The translations under genes and the position numbers were made by a program. DNA of 62,169 nucleotides, filler included, from Kipferlia bialata (Eukaryota), in assembly GCA_003568945.1 (NCBI GenBank). It is 6 parts of 5 records of this genome, joined end to end, with 100 filler letters (N's around TTAATTAATTAA, not from the genome) between each part and the next. Parts side by side here need not be neighbours in the genome. Positions count along the whole stretch, not along the records: positions 1 to 14,557 come from BDIP01000802.1; 5 more parts are not named here. One strand, given 5' to 3'. Below are positions 1-14,290 of the stretch, piece after piece. Every line of letters begins with the position of its first letter. The first letter of the stretch is position 1. The notes under the pieces were generated by a model. The model did no database searches and was not told where the DNA came from. It worked only from the letters and a program-made list of their open reading frames with translations.

Positions 1-188
1 GGGCCATGACTGGAGGTAAGAGCATCTATATCTCCCCCCCCCCCCCCCCCCTCTCTCTCCCCATATATATATATATTTATATTATAGAATGGTTATACAA
101 TATGCCTGTAAAGAAGAGTGTCTATACATGACTGGATGCGGGACTTCCCCCCCTCTCTGGATATCTCTGTGCTCCCCCCCCCCCCCCC

Positions 189-220
<32 letters not shown>

Positions 221-951
221 GCCTCTCTGGATCTCCGTGCTACCCCTCCCCCTCTCTTTCTATTTACCTCCCCCTGTGTTTGCTCCCTCTCTCTGCTCTC
301 TCTCTCTTGCTCTCTCTTTGCACCCCTCCTTGAATCCCATATCATCGTTATCCCATTACATGCTCCAATTCTTGTTGTATTGTTATATTACATTGTCATG
401 TTGATCTCTCTCTGGTGTTCTTCTTTCTGTATCACTCTCTCTCTCTCTCTATATATATATATATTTATATACTTGAGTATTTACCCCTAGGCATCACCGG
501 TGACTCCAAGTGGTTGATGACATAGACACACACACTCTCTCTCTCTATATATAAATATATATGTGTAGTTTTATATGTCTATTAACTCCTAGGCATGGCT
601 GGTGACTCCAAGTGGTTGATGACTGTGCTCACCACGTCCCAAGGATGGGGGTACGTGTATAAGCATATAGACTCATTTATATATGTATATGTATACACAC
701 ACACATATATATGTATTGGTGATGATACGTGTGTGTACATATGTATATACATAAAGTTGATGACTGTACTCACCACGTCTTCAGGATGGGTGTAAGTATG
801 TGTGCTATAATGAGTGTCAAACGAATGTGTGATGATTTTCAGAATGCATGCAGATACAGTCGTGGATTCTTAAATAAATACCAATTTCTAATGTGTGAAT
901 ACATAACATGCCACTGTAACCCCCTAGCGAGGTCACCTCCATCATAGTCAA

Positions 952-998
<47 letters not shown>

Positions 999-3900
999 CG
1001 ATCTATATATATGTCTTTCTCTCCCTTACCCTAGCGAGGTCACCTCCATCATAGTCAACCACCGTTCCACTCCTGAGTCTGAGTATGTGTACCACAGCAC
1101 CATAGAGGTATCGTACAGTACATATATATACATATATACACTAATATAGTATAGAGATATATACATGTAGTGCCACCCCTGAGTCTGAGTATGTGTACCA
1201 CAGCACTATAGAGGTATGTATATATATATATACAGTATATGGTATACATTATAATGTGATTAGTAGTTACATTAGTATTACTACAATAATGTACATATAG
1301 TGCCCCTGACTCTGAGTATGTGTACCACAGCACTCTAGAGGTATGCATGAATATATATATATGTATATATATATATATAATTACACACAATTCATATATA
1401 TATTAGAGGTATATATATAGTGCCCTCCCTGACTCTGAGTATGTGTACCACAACACCATATAGGTATTTTCACACACTTAGATATATACAGCACTATCGA
1501 GTTACACATATATATTGCTTGTATAATTATGTGAATCTGTATAGATATGTCTCCCCCCACCTCTCTCTCTCTATATATATGTATATATAAATACACTCCT
1601 CTGACCCTCAGGAGCCATCCAACTACGATGGCGGTGACAACGCATGGGCTGATCGGAGGTATATATTGGTGGTTGGGAGTATATACCTGCACACATACAT
1701 ATTTGTATATATAGTATATGTGTTATTGTAAGGATTCTCATCGTGTTCTATTGTATCTAACCCCAGCAAGTACCTTTCCCTCTATGGTAACACCCAACGC
1801 TTAAGTGATATAAGTATTGACTTTTGTATTGCTTTCAATCTCTACATATACATATATATATTGGGTATACCCATTTATGTAGTTCTAACCATAGCAAGTA
1901 CCTCTCCCTCTATGGTAACACCCTGGTAGTGGGTAGCAAGTACTCACACTACGACAATCCCGGTAACCTGGGGTCGGTGAGTGATATGTATCTCTCTCTC
2001 TCTGTGAAATACAGTAGTATCCTAAGCATTAGTTCAGACGAGTATGTGAACATACAATGTTGTGTATTCTAACCCAGGGCTCTGCCTACATCTACCAGTA
2101 CACCGATGCCTCTGATGCATGGACACTGGTGGCAGAGATCAGAAACAGAGACTGTGCGTAGACACTTGTACTATACTAGTATAGTATAATGTCTACTTTT
2201 ATATTGTTGTCCTCCGACCCTCCACCTGACAATACGTCTGGTGTTGTTCATCTACTATTATATTATTCCTATACAATAGTATTCTGTTTGTTTCAGTATT
2301 CAACTATGCGTGTCCGTATATCCACATACAGTACATTTATAAGGATCTTCTCACCCCCTAGCCGACAACACCTTTGGCGTTGTCCTGGCCCTGACAGAGA
2401 CACACATCCTAGTGGGTATGGATGTACATATATGAATATGTATGTGTGTGTCTATATAGTGATTCATTAGTGTAAAGTGTATGTTCTTATATACGTGTAT
2501 TGTGTATATGTATATATGTAACGGTACTGGCCCTGACAGAGACACACATCCTAGTGGGGATGGATAAGAATTTGTATATGCATATTGTATATGTCATTGG
2601 AATATCATCAGAATTCTTCATCACAAAGAAGTGTGGTTGCAGATCAGGTGTACTCATGTGCTAGATACTGTGCTACCCACCAAGCGGCTCCAAGCTCCAT
2701 GCCAACTACTATCACCTTGGCAGAAGAATTTCTTCAATATGCATTACAAATCTATATATGTGAAGATGACGTATTGACCCACCAGGTGGTTCCAAGCTGA
2801 ATGCCAACTACTACGACCTGGGCAGGGTCACTCTGTACGACTGCTCTGCGGCACTAGAGGGCTCTCTCTCTCTCTCTGCTTCCCTCTCTACATGCAAGTC
2901 TGTCCTTGATGTCGTCTCTCCCTGTGACGGGACTGCTGGCTCATGCAAGTTTGGAGAGTACAAGATGTCTAGAGACCAGGTACACTATATACATATATAT
3001 ATATATATATCTGTGTGTGTATATACATGCATGTATGTCGCTGGGACATGCAAGTTCGGGGAGTACAAGATGTCTAGAGACCAGGTACACTATGTATATA
3101 TATGTATATATACACATAGATGTGTGTATACATGCATATATGTAGCTGGGTCATGCAAGTTCGGGGAGTACAAGATGTCTAGGGACCAGGTAGAGTATTT
3201 ATCTATCTATCTATATGTATGTGTGTGTGTATACATGCATATATGTAGCTCGGTCATGCAAGTTCGGGGAGTACAAGATGTCTAGGGATCAGGTACAGTG
3301 TCTTGACATTGATATGTGAGTATATCTATATACACGTATGTATATATGTATATGTCTATATACTAACCCTTAGGACGCCTCTCCCTATTCACATGAATAT
3401 TTATACTAAACATGCGCATATATACACTATGTACATATTGCTAACTATTAGGACCCCTCTGCTCGTGTCACCGTGGTCACAACCCTTGATACCATACAAA
3501 ATATACATACTATTATATAGTATGTCATATCTAATCACAGGACCCCTCGGCTCCTGTAACCATGGTTACTACCCTAGATATGGGCATACACACATCAATG
3601 CCAATCAGTGCAGTGGCAGGTATATATGCATATATGGTATATATAATAGATGTACAATTTGTGCACATATTAGTATACACACATCCATGCCTATCAGTGC
3701 AGTGGCAGGTATGGACATGTAAATGTACATATTTAGTATGTATATATATAGTTATTGGTATCCACACATCAATGCCAATCAGTGCGGTGGCAGGTATATG
3801 CATACACAATTGTATAGATACTGAATGTATATTTGTACTGTTGTCTACCATCACTGACGATCAATGCGGTAGTAGGTATCTATATTTCTCTCTCCATTTG

Positions 3901-6900
3901 TCTCTCGTGGATTGATATCATTGTCTGTCTGTCTCTCTCCCCCTATATATATATATATATACATACATGTAAGTGTACTAACCCTCAGTCTCCTTTGACC
4001 TTGATGCCCTCACCTACTCCATGACCACCTCTTTCTCTCTCTCTCTCTCTATCCCTCTCTCTCTATATATATCTCACCCCAAGTATCTTTCCATCTGGAT
4101 GCCCTGACCTACCCTCCACTCTCTCTCTCTCTCTCCCTCTTAACCTCAGTATCTTTCGATCTGGATGCCCTCACCTACTCCATGACCACCCTGACACCCA
4201 CCATGGGGGATGACCTGGAGATTGGTATGAGAGTACATAGTACTATAGATAGTTGTATACGTGACCTGGAGATAGGTAAACATGTTGGGTGTAGCTCGGT
4301 CTCTCACCAGACCCTCTCTCTATCTCCCTCTTTGTCACTCTCTACTTATATCAAATAGTCACTCTAGGTGCTCTCTCCCTGACCAGTGGTGTCCTGGCTG
4401 TGTCTATCCAGGACAGCAACGCTCTTTCTCTCTCTCTTCCCCTATATGTATGTATGTATATATATATATACTTGTGCTCACTTTAGGTGCACTATCTCTC
4501 ACCAGTGGTGTCCTTGCTGTGTCTCTCCAGGACAGCAACGATGGCTGGAGCAGCCCATCCTACAATGTAAGTATATTCTTTTGTTGGCCAAACAAACACG
4601 AGTCAGAGAAAGATAGAGTATACTGTCTCTGTCTTATTCTATCTTTGGAAGAATCCATCCTACAGTATCAGTATTTGTGTTTCTCTCCCCGTTTTTCCTT
4701 CTCATCATGTCTTCTCAATCTCTGTTCTCTGTTCTCACCCTCCAGACCAGTGAGCAGTTGTACACCTTTGAGTGTGATACGCCTTCTCTCTCTTTCTCTC
4801 TCCATCTATATATGTATGTATATGTAGATATCTCGCCCCTCCAGACAAGTGTTCAGCTGTTCACCCTTGAGCGTGACTCATATTCTCTCTCTTTCTCTCT
4901 ATATTTGTATTAATATGTATTAATTACTATCTCACTCCCTAGAGTAGTGTACAACTCTACTCCCTTGAGCATGACACCCCAACAAACACAGACAAGTGGA
5001 CTCTTAAGGCAGAAGCTGATAAGTGAGTGTATAGTATGTTAATATATGTATATATCAATGTAAATTTCCAGTGAGCAGGCTATTCATGTACATCAATATA
5101 TATATATGTGTGTATATGTTCATTGTATACTGTACAGACACCCTCATTCTCTGATATCTGAGACACAGTGATATATGCACCGTTACCTATATCACAGTAC
5201 CTGATTTATTGTCTTGTATTCTCACCCTATGTGTTTATACATCATATGTGTTACTGTATATATATACCATATGTATACTGACTTTCAGCGACATATGCTT
5301 CGACTCCCCCGTCCCCTACTGTGGCACAGACTTCAGTGCATATATATATATGTATACATATTATATATTAATATACATGTATTCTAACATACAGTGACAT
5401 CTGCATATCCTCCCCCGTCCCCTACTGCGGCACAGACTTTGGTGCATATGTCACCCTCTCCCCACCCTCACCTGACGGCACTCTCTCTGTTGCAGTGCGT
5501 ACTGACCACTGCACACCATCAGAGCTAGTCATAGACAGCTCTACCGTTAAGGATACGGGTTGCGTCGTCTTTATGGACATCGTGCAACTTGAGACGTCTG
5601 GAGCGTCTGGAGCGTCTGATGCGTCTGATTGGGAGTTTGTTGTAACCGGTGCAGTGAGGGCTATGACTGGGTGAGGTCTGGCTGAGGAGTATGATGATAC
5701 ACCCATACAGTACACTGACACAGACACAGTGGCAGTGGGTAACAAGCATGACCAAATACACTACAGGTTAGTATATATTTGTATATATATATACTATTAT
5801 AAGGAATTTATTCCTTGGAGTATCTGGACTAATCCCAGTGCCTATACCATCAGCCCCTCCTCCACTGCACCTGAGGTACCCACCTCTGTGGCAGTGACAC
5901 CCACAGCCATAGTCCTAGGTATGTATACTATAGTATGTATCTATATGTGATTGAATATTCAATCTGATATATATTGTATTTACTCACAAGTGTGACAGTC
6001 ACACCCACGGCCTTAGTGCTAGGTAGGAGATTACATACAGAGCATATGCAATAGGGCATGTATATAAATACAGGTGTGTTGTCCCTACCATTGTGGTAGT
6101 GACACCCACCGCCATTGTATTGGGTATGTATACACTCTTCAGTCTGTCAACTAATATGTTTAGACGCTGTCTCTATCATATATATCATCAGTAGCCTGGT
6201 GTCATTAATACGAATTGTTACCTGATGTCTAGATGAGCTGATATGTATCTGGTATTCTATTTACTTATGTTTACTATATTTGAATTGTGTTTTTAGACAT
6301 ATGTCAGTTACCTCTAACCGCAGGCCAGCTGATGATCGATGACCTCAGCATCTCCTTCCCCAGGGAGGACGGTACAAAGATATATAGTAAGGTATACTAG
6401 TTATACATTGAACACTTTTATATGCATATATATATAGGTGGGCGAAGCATCTCCTTCCCCAGGGAGGACGGCACAAAGACATACAGCAAGGTGTGTATGG
6501 TATATATCAATACATCAATTAGGGATAATTGTAAAGTGTACAGTTAAGTATACACGCATATATAGCATCTCCTTCCCAAGGGACGATGGCACAAAGATAT
6601 ACAGCAAGGTGTNNNNNNNNNNNNNNNNNNNNNNNNNNNNNNNNNNNNNNNNNNNNNNNNNNNNNNNNNNNNNNNNNNNNNNNNNNNNNNNNNNNNNNNN
6701 NNNNNNNNNNNNTATATTTCTTTTTACCTTAGGACTCAGTAGTACTTGTGTCCATGGGTGACCAGACATTCCTGGCCACCCCTGATGCCACCCTGTCTGC
6801 ATACACTGTGCCATCCATCATGTTGACACTGGAGACAGTTCGTGATGCATTGACACTAGAGATAGAGTACTATGTACCTACAGGTATATACTATCTATAT

Positions 6901-8754
6901 TATATATACTGTATATACTCTGTCTGCATATAGTGTGCCATCCATCATGTTGACACTGGAGACAGTGTCAGAGGACTTGACTTTAGACATTGAGTACTAT
7001 GCACCCTCAGGTATATACTATGTATACTGCATTTACCATATATACATACATACATACATATGTATATATGTATGTATGTATACACTGCGCCCTCCATCAT
7101 AGACCTACACCTGGACCTATAGTACTACGCTAGTTTTAGTACATGAATACATATCTATCTATCCATATATTGATTAATGTGATGAGTATGTAGGCCATAG
7201 GTGCAGTTGGACATATGATGCTGTGAAGATGTCTCTCCACACTCTACATCTTTACGGTTTCATTGTATATATGAACTTAAGATACTCTACCATACTACTC
7301 CTCTCATCTTACTTTAGGTGTCAGTAACCTGGTCAATGCCTGTCCCACCTTCCAGCAGAGTGTACCCATGCCTGTCAGTGGGGGGACACCCAGTGCTATT
7401 AGTGTAGACCCCATATTCCTTGGGTATGTATATGTATAGTATGTATAGTATGTATAGTATGTATGGGTGAGTCCAACTACACTGTCCATTCCTAGCACAC
7501 GTATATATGTGTATATACGTGTGTATATATGTATACCATACGTATATATGTAACAGACGTGCATGTGTATATACGTATATATATATGTATATGTGTATAT
7601 ATGTACATACTCACCCCAGGTGGGAAGAGGACGGAGAGGTCAACGACTTCACTGTACAGCTGACCAACCAGTACGGGGCACTGATAGCAGATGGGAGGTA
7701 TATATGTTATTTTACATATGTATATAATAACAAAACACGCATATTAATGTATATATATAAAGATTGATATCATACTCTCTCTATATGACGCATAGCTATG
7801 TATATTTGATCTGTCTAATGACTTAGGGAAGTGCACCTTGGTACCTCTGAGGACACAGAGACACCCATGGCATACGATGCAGACACTGCTACATATTCCG
7901 TAAGGTATGAGGGGACACACATTTGGAATTATATGCAAATATGTATGTATATACTGAGACCCATGGCATACGATGCAGACACTGCTACCTACTCTATTAG
8001 GTACGAGGGTATATTTGCATGAATATAAATATGTATATATATATGTATATATCTCTCAGGACTCCGAGTCAGTGATGGCATACGATGCAGACACGGCATC
8101 ATACTCGATAAGGTAAGAATTATAATAGAATTGTATACATATGTATATCCATATGCAGTTGTGTACTGAGACAGTGATGACATACGATACAGAGAGAGCT
8201 ACCTATAGTATTAGGTATGATGATTCATTAGATTCATAGATATACAAGTACAATTGTGCCATGGTACCCCCATGAGATACGATGCAGGGACTGCAACGTA
8301 GTATCTTAGGTATGAGGGTATTGTCACAGCTCTATATGAACATGTCTTCGATACACACTAATATGTCACATATGTATTTGTACATGGCCAATCACCTGCA
8401 TATATACGCATTGTGATACAAATCACAGCCTCCTCACTCTGGGAGTGGTGCCTCAATCGACACCCTTTACACACACACACATATATGTATATACATTCAC
8501 GTATATTGTATATGGCACCCCTAGTATACCCTATCTTTATATATCTTACCCCAGCCTCCTCACTGGGAGCGATGCTTCCACCAACACCCTGTACCTGACA
8601 GCATACTACAGTGGGACACACTACACAACGACACAGAGGTACTGCAGTGTATATACCGTAACACTATAGTCAAGACAAAATGCTCAATATTGTTCTCCCC
8701 TGACTCTACTAACTAGTAGCTTATGCTTCAGTGACATAATCATCTTTGCCTCCA

Positions 8755-8791
<37 letters not shown>

Positions 8792-10471
8792 CACCCTTCA
8801 TCTCTCACTCCAGTCTATACTTCAGTGACATGATCACCTTTGCCTCCATCTCCCCATCTTCTGTCCAACTGCACATGCCAACCACATTCCATGTGCAGTT
8901 CACAGACGCTGTAGGTGTGTATATAGTATACATATATACATATATAGTTATATGTTTATGGATATATATGTATATATACCTCCGTCCAACTGCACATGCC
9001 AACCACATTCCATGTACAGTTCACAGACGCTGTAGGTATATAGAAAAGTAAATCCCATATATATACATATGTATATTCTATATACATAACAGGAGATAGT
9101 GAGAGAGATATGCCAACCACATTCCACGTGCAGTTCACAGACGCAGTAGGTATGTATAATGTATATATATACACACACATATATATATATAGATATATAC
9201 ANNNNNNNNNNNNNNNNNNNNNNNNNNNNNNNCATATATATATATAGATATATACATGCCAACCACATTCCACGTGCAGTTCACAGATGCAGTAGGTATA
9301 TAATATAGTTATATATATATATATATATATATATGCCAACAACATTCCACGTGCAGTTCACAGACGCAGTAGGTATGTATGGATATGTCACATATACATG
9401 TTGAGGGAGAGAGAGGTAGATAGCGAGAGAGAGATACCAACCACATTCCACGTGCAGTTCACAGATGCAGTAGGTATATACCATATGCAGACTCATTTTT
9501 AGTATGTATATGCAATTACACATACGGAATTCAAAATTCTACCCTATTCAGAATTATTTTGTATTTATACCAACATAGACATAACTATTTACCTGTCAGC
9601 CACATCGTTAACTGACACATTGAAAACACAATTGTTGTGGGATATAGTATTACTATCGATAACTGCTTAATGTAGAGTATTTCTGTTACTGATTGAATAT
9701 GCATATGTATTTCACTTTCTTTTCACTTTCTTAGGCAACCAATTCGTATATATACATACCTTAAACTTGTATCAGACCTGTGCAGTAGTGTTCCGTCTGT
9801 CTCACTCCCAGGCAACCTTGTGGGAGGTGTTGAGAAGGGATTCGGAACAACCATCGGGTAAGTTCTATAGTGTTGTTATCCATTACATTGTGTGTATTTA
9901 GAGTAATTGCAGACACTGTTCGTGGGACACCAGATGACACCATCCATATTGCATTGTCAGATAGTATATGATCTGAGTCTCCATGTATGCTCTCACTCTG
10001 TATATGCGTGAGTGTCTCGCCCTATCTCTCTATGTATGTCTTACCCCCAAGCCGTTATTCAATTCTCTCTCTCTATATATATATACTTCTATCCATATAT
10101 TTCAGTCATATCTCGATCTTTTCCCCTAGGCGGATCACCACATATGATACCCATCGTCCCTCTTTCTCTCTCTCTCAATGTATGAATATATCTAAGTATA
10201 TATATGAATGTCTAACCCCTCAGCTGGAGCACCACTGACGACACCCAGCGTACACCTCTTGTCTGGGACCTAGAGACACTGTCCTACGTGGGAGTGCTGG
10301 TGCCAGACCACGACTCAGGTAGCACGATATATATATATATATATATACGTATACACATACATATATATGTATGGGTATATATATGTGTATAATAATGCTG
10401 CTGTAGCTTGTGTTCTCTGTCCTACGTGGGAGTGCTGGTGCCAGGCCACAACTCAGGTATAGTGGTAAACA

Positions 10472-10507
<36 letters not shown>

Positions 10508-11384
10508 CGAGTATATCAATATATATATATCATGTTACAGTATGTTTACACTGACATAATGGGGAGTGCTGGTACCAGACCACGACTCAGGTACTATTTC
10601 ACTTCTGTCCCTCTATGATTATATGTATACAATGGTACACTTGAAGTGTTTGTAGTACACCGCTCTGTATCTCTACAACCCTGACGTACCACACTAATTG
10701 GGTGTGTAGGTTCTCTATCCATCTGTATACATAGTATTGCTTACTGTATATGGATAGAATAGCTAACCATCAGACTCTGACACCGATCTGGACTACCAGG
10801 ACTGGATAAATATGTATATATGTAGTCATATATCCATATCAATCGTATCTACGTATGTGCATGAGTATATCTATTTCTCTAACCCCTTAGACTCTGACAC
10901 TGATCTGGACTACCAGGACTGGGTGTATGTGGAGGTGGACGGGCCATTTGGATCCATCCAGTACCAACAGGTGAATGGTAGACAGTGATATATATGAATG
11001 GGATGCCCACACACATATGTATGGTTATATATGTGTGTGTGTATGTGGAAGTGGACGGGCCATTTGGGTCTATTCAATACCAGCAGGTTAGTACTTACAT
11101 ACACACATACTTACCATCTTAATGTGATTATGGTGTACCTGTACTGATGCATATATATACATGTGTATACATTACACACATGGATGTAGGAGACTGGTGG
11201 AACTATACATATGCATGAATATATCCATATACTTATCCCAGGTCCCCAGCATTCATGGTATACATGGTATCTCTATCTTCCACATATACATATATATGCC
11301 TACTCACCCCAGGTCCATGTGCATGAGCCACTGGAAGGAGTCACAGTGTATATAGTACTGTATATATTCATATTCATATAGTAT

Positions 11385-11431
<47 letters not shown>

Positions 11432-12963
11432 GTAACCCCAGGTCCATGTGCATGAGCCACTGGAAGGAGTCAGCACATTGCTACCAGGTAACCATACTGT
11501 CCATGTATATAGATATGGAATTGTGTCATCCAATCACGTATATATCATCATACGTCTTACCTCCCAGATGGAGCAGACCACTACAACTAGACCTAGGCCT
11601 CTCTCTCTCTCTGTCTCTCTCTCTCTATATATATATATATACATATTAATACATATTTACTCATTATCCAACATCCCAGATGGAGCCGACCCCACTGCAA
11701 CTAGTATTTATGCCTTTACCTTCATGTATACAATCTTATGTATCTCCATAAATATATCTCCATAAATATATCTCTCAACCTCCAGATGGGGCAGACCCCA
11801 CAGCAACTGGCCCTGTCGCTGCATGGGATGACCTTCTATTCGTACTTGATCCAGCCAACGCCATTGTCAGAGTCTATCGCGTAGATATCGACATTGATAC
11901 TTCAAACACAGATGGGGGTGATGATATTACCTACACCCTCCTGGTTGAGGAGACTCTGTGGTACAGCAGTGCTGCATACAACGAGTATGACACCTTTGAA
12001 ATGGTGTATGACGATGCATCAGGGTACGCATAGCACATACATGCACATATATACACACATATATACTTATCTATGTCTGTACTACTATGTACCACACACA
12101 TATGTGTCTATATACAAAAGATGATTTGAGTATGACACCTTTGACATGGTGTATGACCATGCATCAGGGTGTGTTTGTAAAACTACATATAATGTAAATG
12201 GAATGCACTACATAGTGGATATACCATATGCTACATGCAATATATAGGTCTGTATACAACGAGTATGACACGTTTGACATAGTGTATGACCATGCATCAG
12301 GGCACGTTAGTATGGTTACTCTATGTATGTATGTACATATATATATAGATTCTGGATATTATATATGCTCACCTTCACGACCGTCCATTACACTATATAT
12401 TCTTGTCATTAGGTAATAGTCTTACCCGGATACGTTGCTATCAGTACCCAGGACTATTACATTGATTGTATACTCTATTCACATATACATATATATATAT
12501 ATGTACTTGTACTGATCCACAGATACCTTGCCATCCTGTATATACTCTATTCAATTATCTATATATATGTATGCATGTATCAATATCTCTCTATTGACTG
12601 ATCCCCATATCTATATATATGTATCAATATCTGTGTATTGACTGATACTCATATCTATATATACGTATCGATATCTGTGTATTGACCGATACTCATATAT
12701 ATATATATATATATCAATATCTGTATATTGACTGATACCCAGATACCTTGCCATCCTGTCCCAAGACATTGGGAACCTGATGATACTGAGGGTGGATGAT
12801 GTAGAAGGTACTAGTAGTATGTGTATACATTCACATATTCTATATATACCAGTTTGATAACCAGATACTATATCAATATATATATGTATATATACAAACT
12901 TATGATTCTGAGGGTGGATGACGTGGCAGGTACAAGTAGTATATATATATCTGCGTATGATCT

Positions 12964-13005
<42 letters not shown>

Positions 13006-14290
13006 ATACATAATATTGAAATGTCTACTACTTACCCTCAGGCTCCCTGACCCATTGAGTATCTGGACCAGCCTTAGTTCTTCTGTATACTTGTTGATAT
13101 GTATATATATTCATACATACATTCTCATGTCTAGGCACCCTGACCCCCATTGGGTCTCTTGTCCAGACAGACACACACATTTACACTCTCTTCCATATAC
13201 TTACTATGCTTATATATATATACTTGTAATCCTTCCTTATCTTTGGCACCCTGACCCCCATTGGGTTCCTGCGCTAGACCATGTATATATATATATATAT
13301 GTATATATATGTATATATGCTTAACGATTAGGAACCCTGACCCCCATTGGGTCTCTTGTGCAGACAGACGGCACAGAGGAAATAGCAGCAATGGCAATGG
13401 CTGAAGGTATGATATTGTGTGATGTGGATATATACTTAGTATATCTGGCTCCCTGTGTCTGACTGTGACACCGCTTTCAGTCATTCTCTTTCTCCCGATG
13501 TCCCACTCTATATGAAGTATTCTAAGTGTAGACACCCTCTTCCTGACCTGTGACTCTGGTGTCAGTCTCTCTCTCTCTCTCTCTTACTCCCTCTCTCTCT
13601 ATGTATATAACCCATGTTCTTACTCCAGGCACCCTCTTTCTGACCTGTGACTCCGGTGTCAGTCTCTTTCTCTCTCTCTCTCTTACTCTATATCTTCCTC
13701 TCTCTCTGTTATTACCTTTCTTACTCCAGGCACCCTCTTCCTGACCTGTGACTCCGGTGTACGTGTGTTCACAACATCCAATGGACAGGTACATATGCAC
13801 ATAGAAGAGTAGTGTATTTAAGTAGTAGTGTATCTATCTGGTTACATATGTCAATATTGATGTGATCTCACCACATCCACTGGAGTACAGTGTAATGACT
13901 ATAAATGTGTATATTGGTATATCAATATGTATGTTTACAAACACATATATTCATTGCTAATGACCCAGTGGACAGAGGAGGAACCCATCTTCATCCAGTT
14001 TGGGAGCAAGCTGGATGAGAGTCGCCTGGCCTTTGACGGAGTCACAATGGCTGTATCTGTGACATACACAGATGAGGTATATACATACGTATATATACAT
14101 GAGATGGCATTTCTATTCATGTATATATGTAGTGGGTATCCGTAGATGTTATTATGTGATATGTAAACATCAGTTGTATTATCATTGTAGAGTAACAGAG
14201 GTAATGGATACCCTGTCAATGTGATCCTTACCACAGGTGCTCCTGTACAGAAGAGACGTCTACACAGGACTCTGGGCCATGGTGCAGAAG
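1..14290 (+). CDS. Large multi-exon FG-GAP-type beta-propeller plus Ig-like repeat surface/secreted protein; partial at both ends
   Basis: Phase-compatible GT-AG exons stitch to SKYLSLYGNTLVVGSKYSHYDNPGNLGS|GSAYIYQY, DNTFGVVLALTETHILVGGSKLNANYYDLGRVTLYD and YCGTDFGAYVTLS (FG-GAP pattern FG..VAL....LVVG...G.AYIY). Ig-like segments follow (NDFTVQLTNQYG, PTTFHVQFTDAV), then a second propeller-like region (GPVAAWDDLLFVLD, RLAFDGVTMAVSV, VLLYRRDVYTGLWAMVQK). One in-frame TGA at 5672 is unresolved. Confidence 0.75.
921..1470 (+). repeat. Exon-echo array around exon 1035-1107 (1 acceptor echo, 3 donor echoes)
   Basis: cctgaStctgagtatgtgtaccac...ag|gtat repeated with TA-rich spacers. Confidence 0.9.
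8860..9480 (+). repeat. Exon-echo array: 5 donor echoes of MPTTFHVQFTDAV|gt, spanning a scaffold gap
   Basis: ccaaccacattccaygtgcagttcacagaygcwgtag|gt repeated at about 8980, 9110, 9255, 9335 and 9435. Confidence 0.9.
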
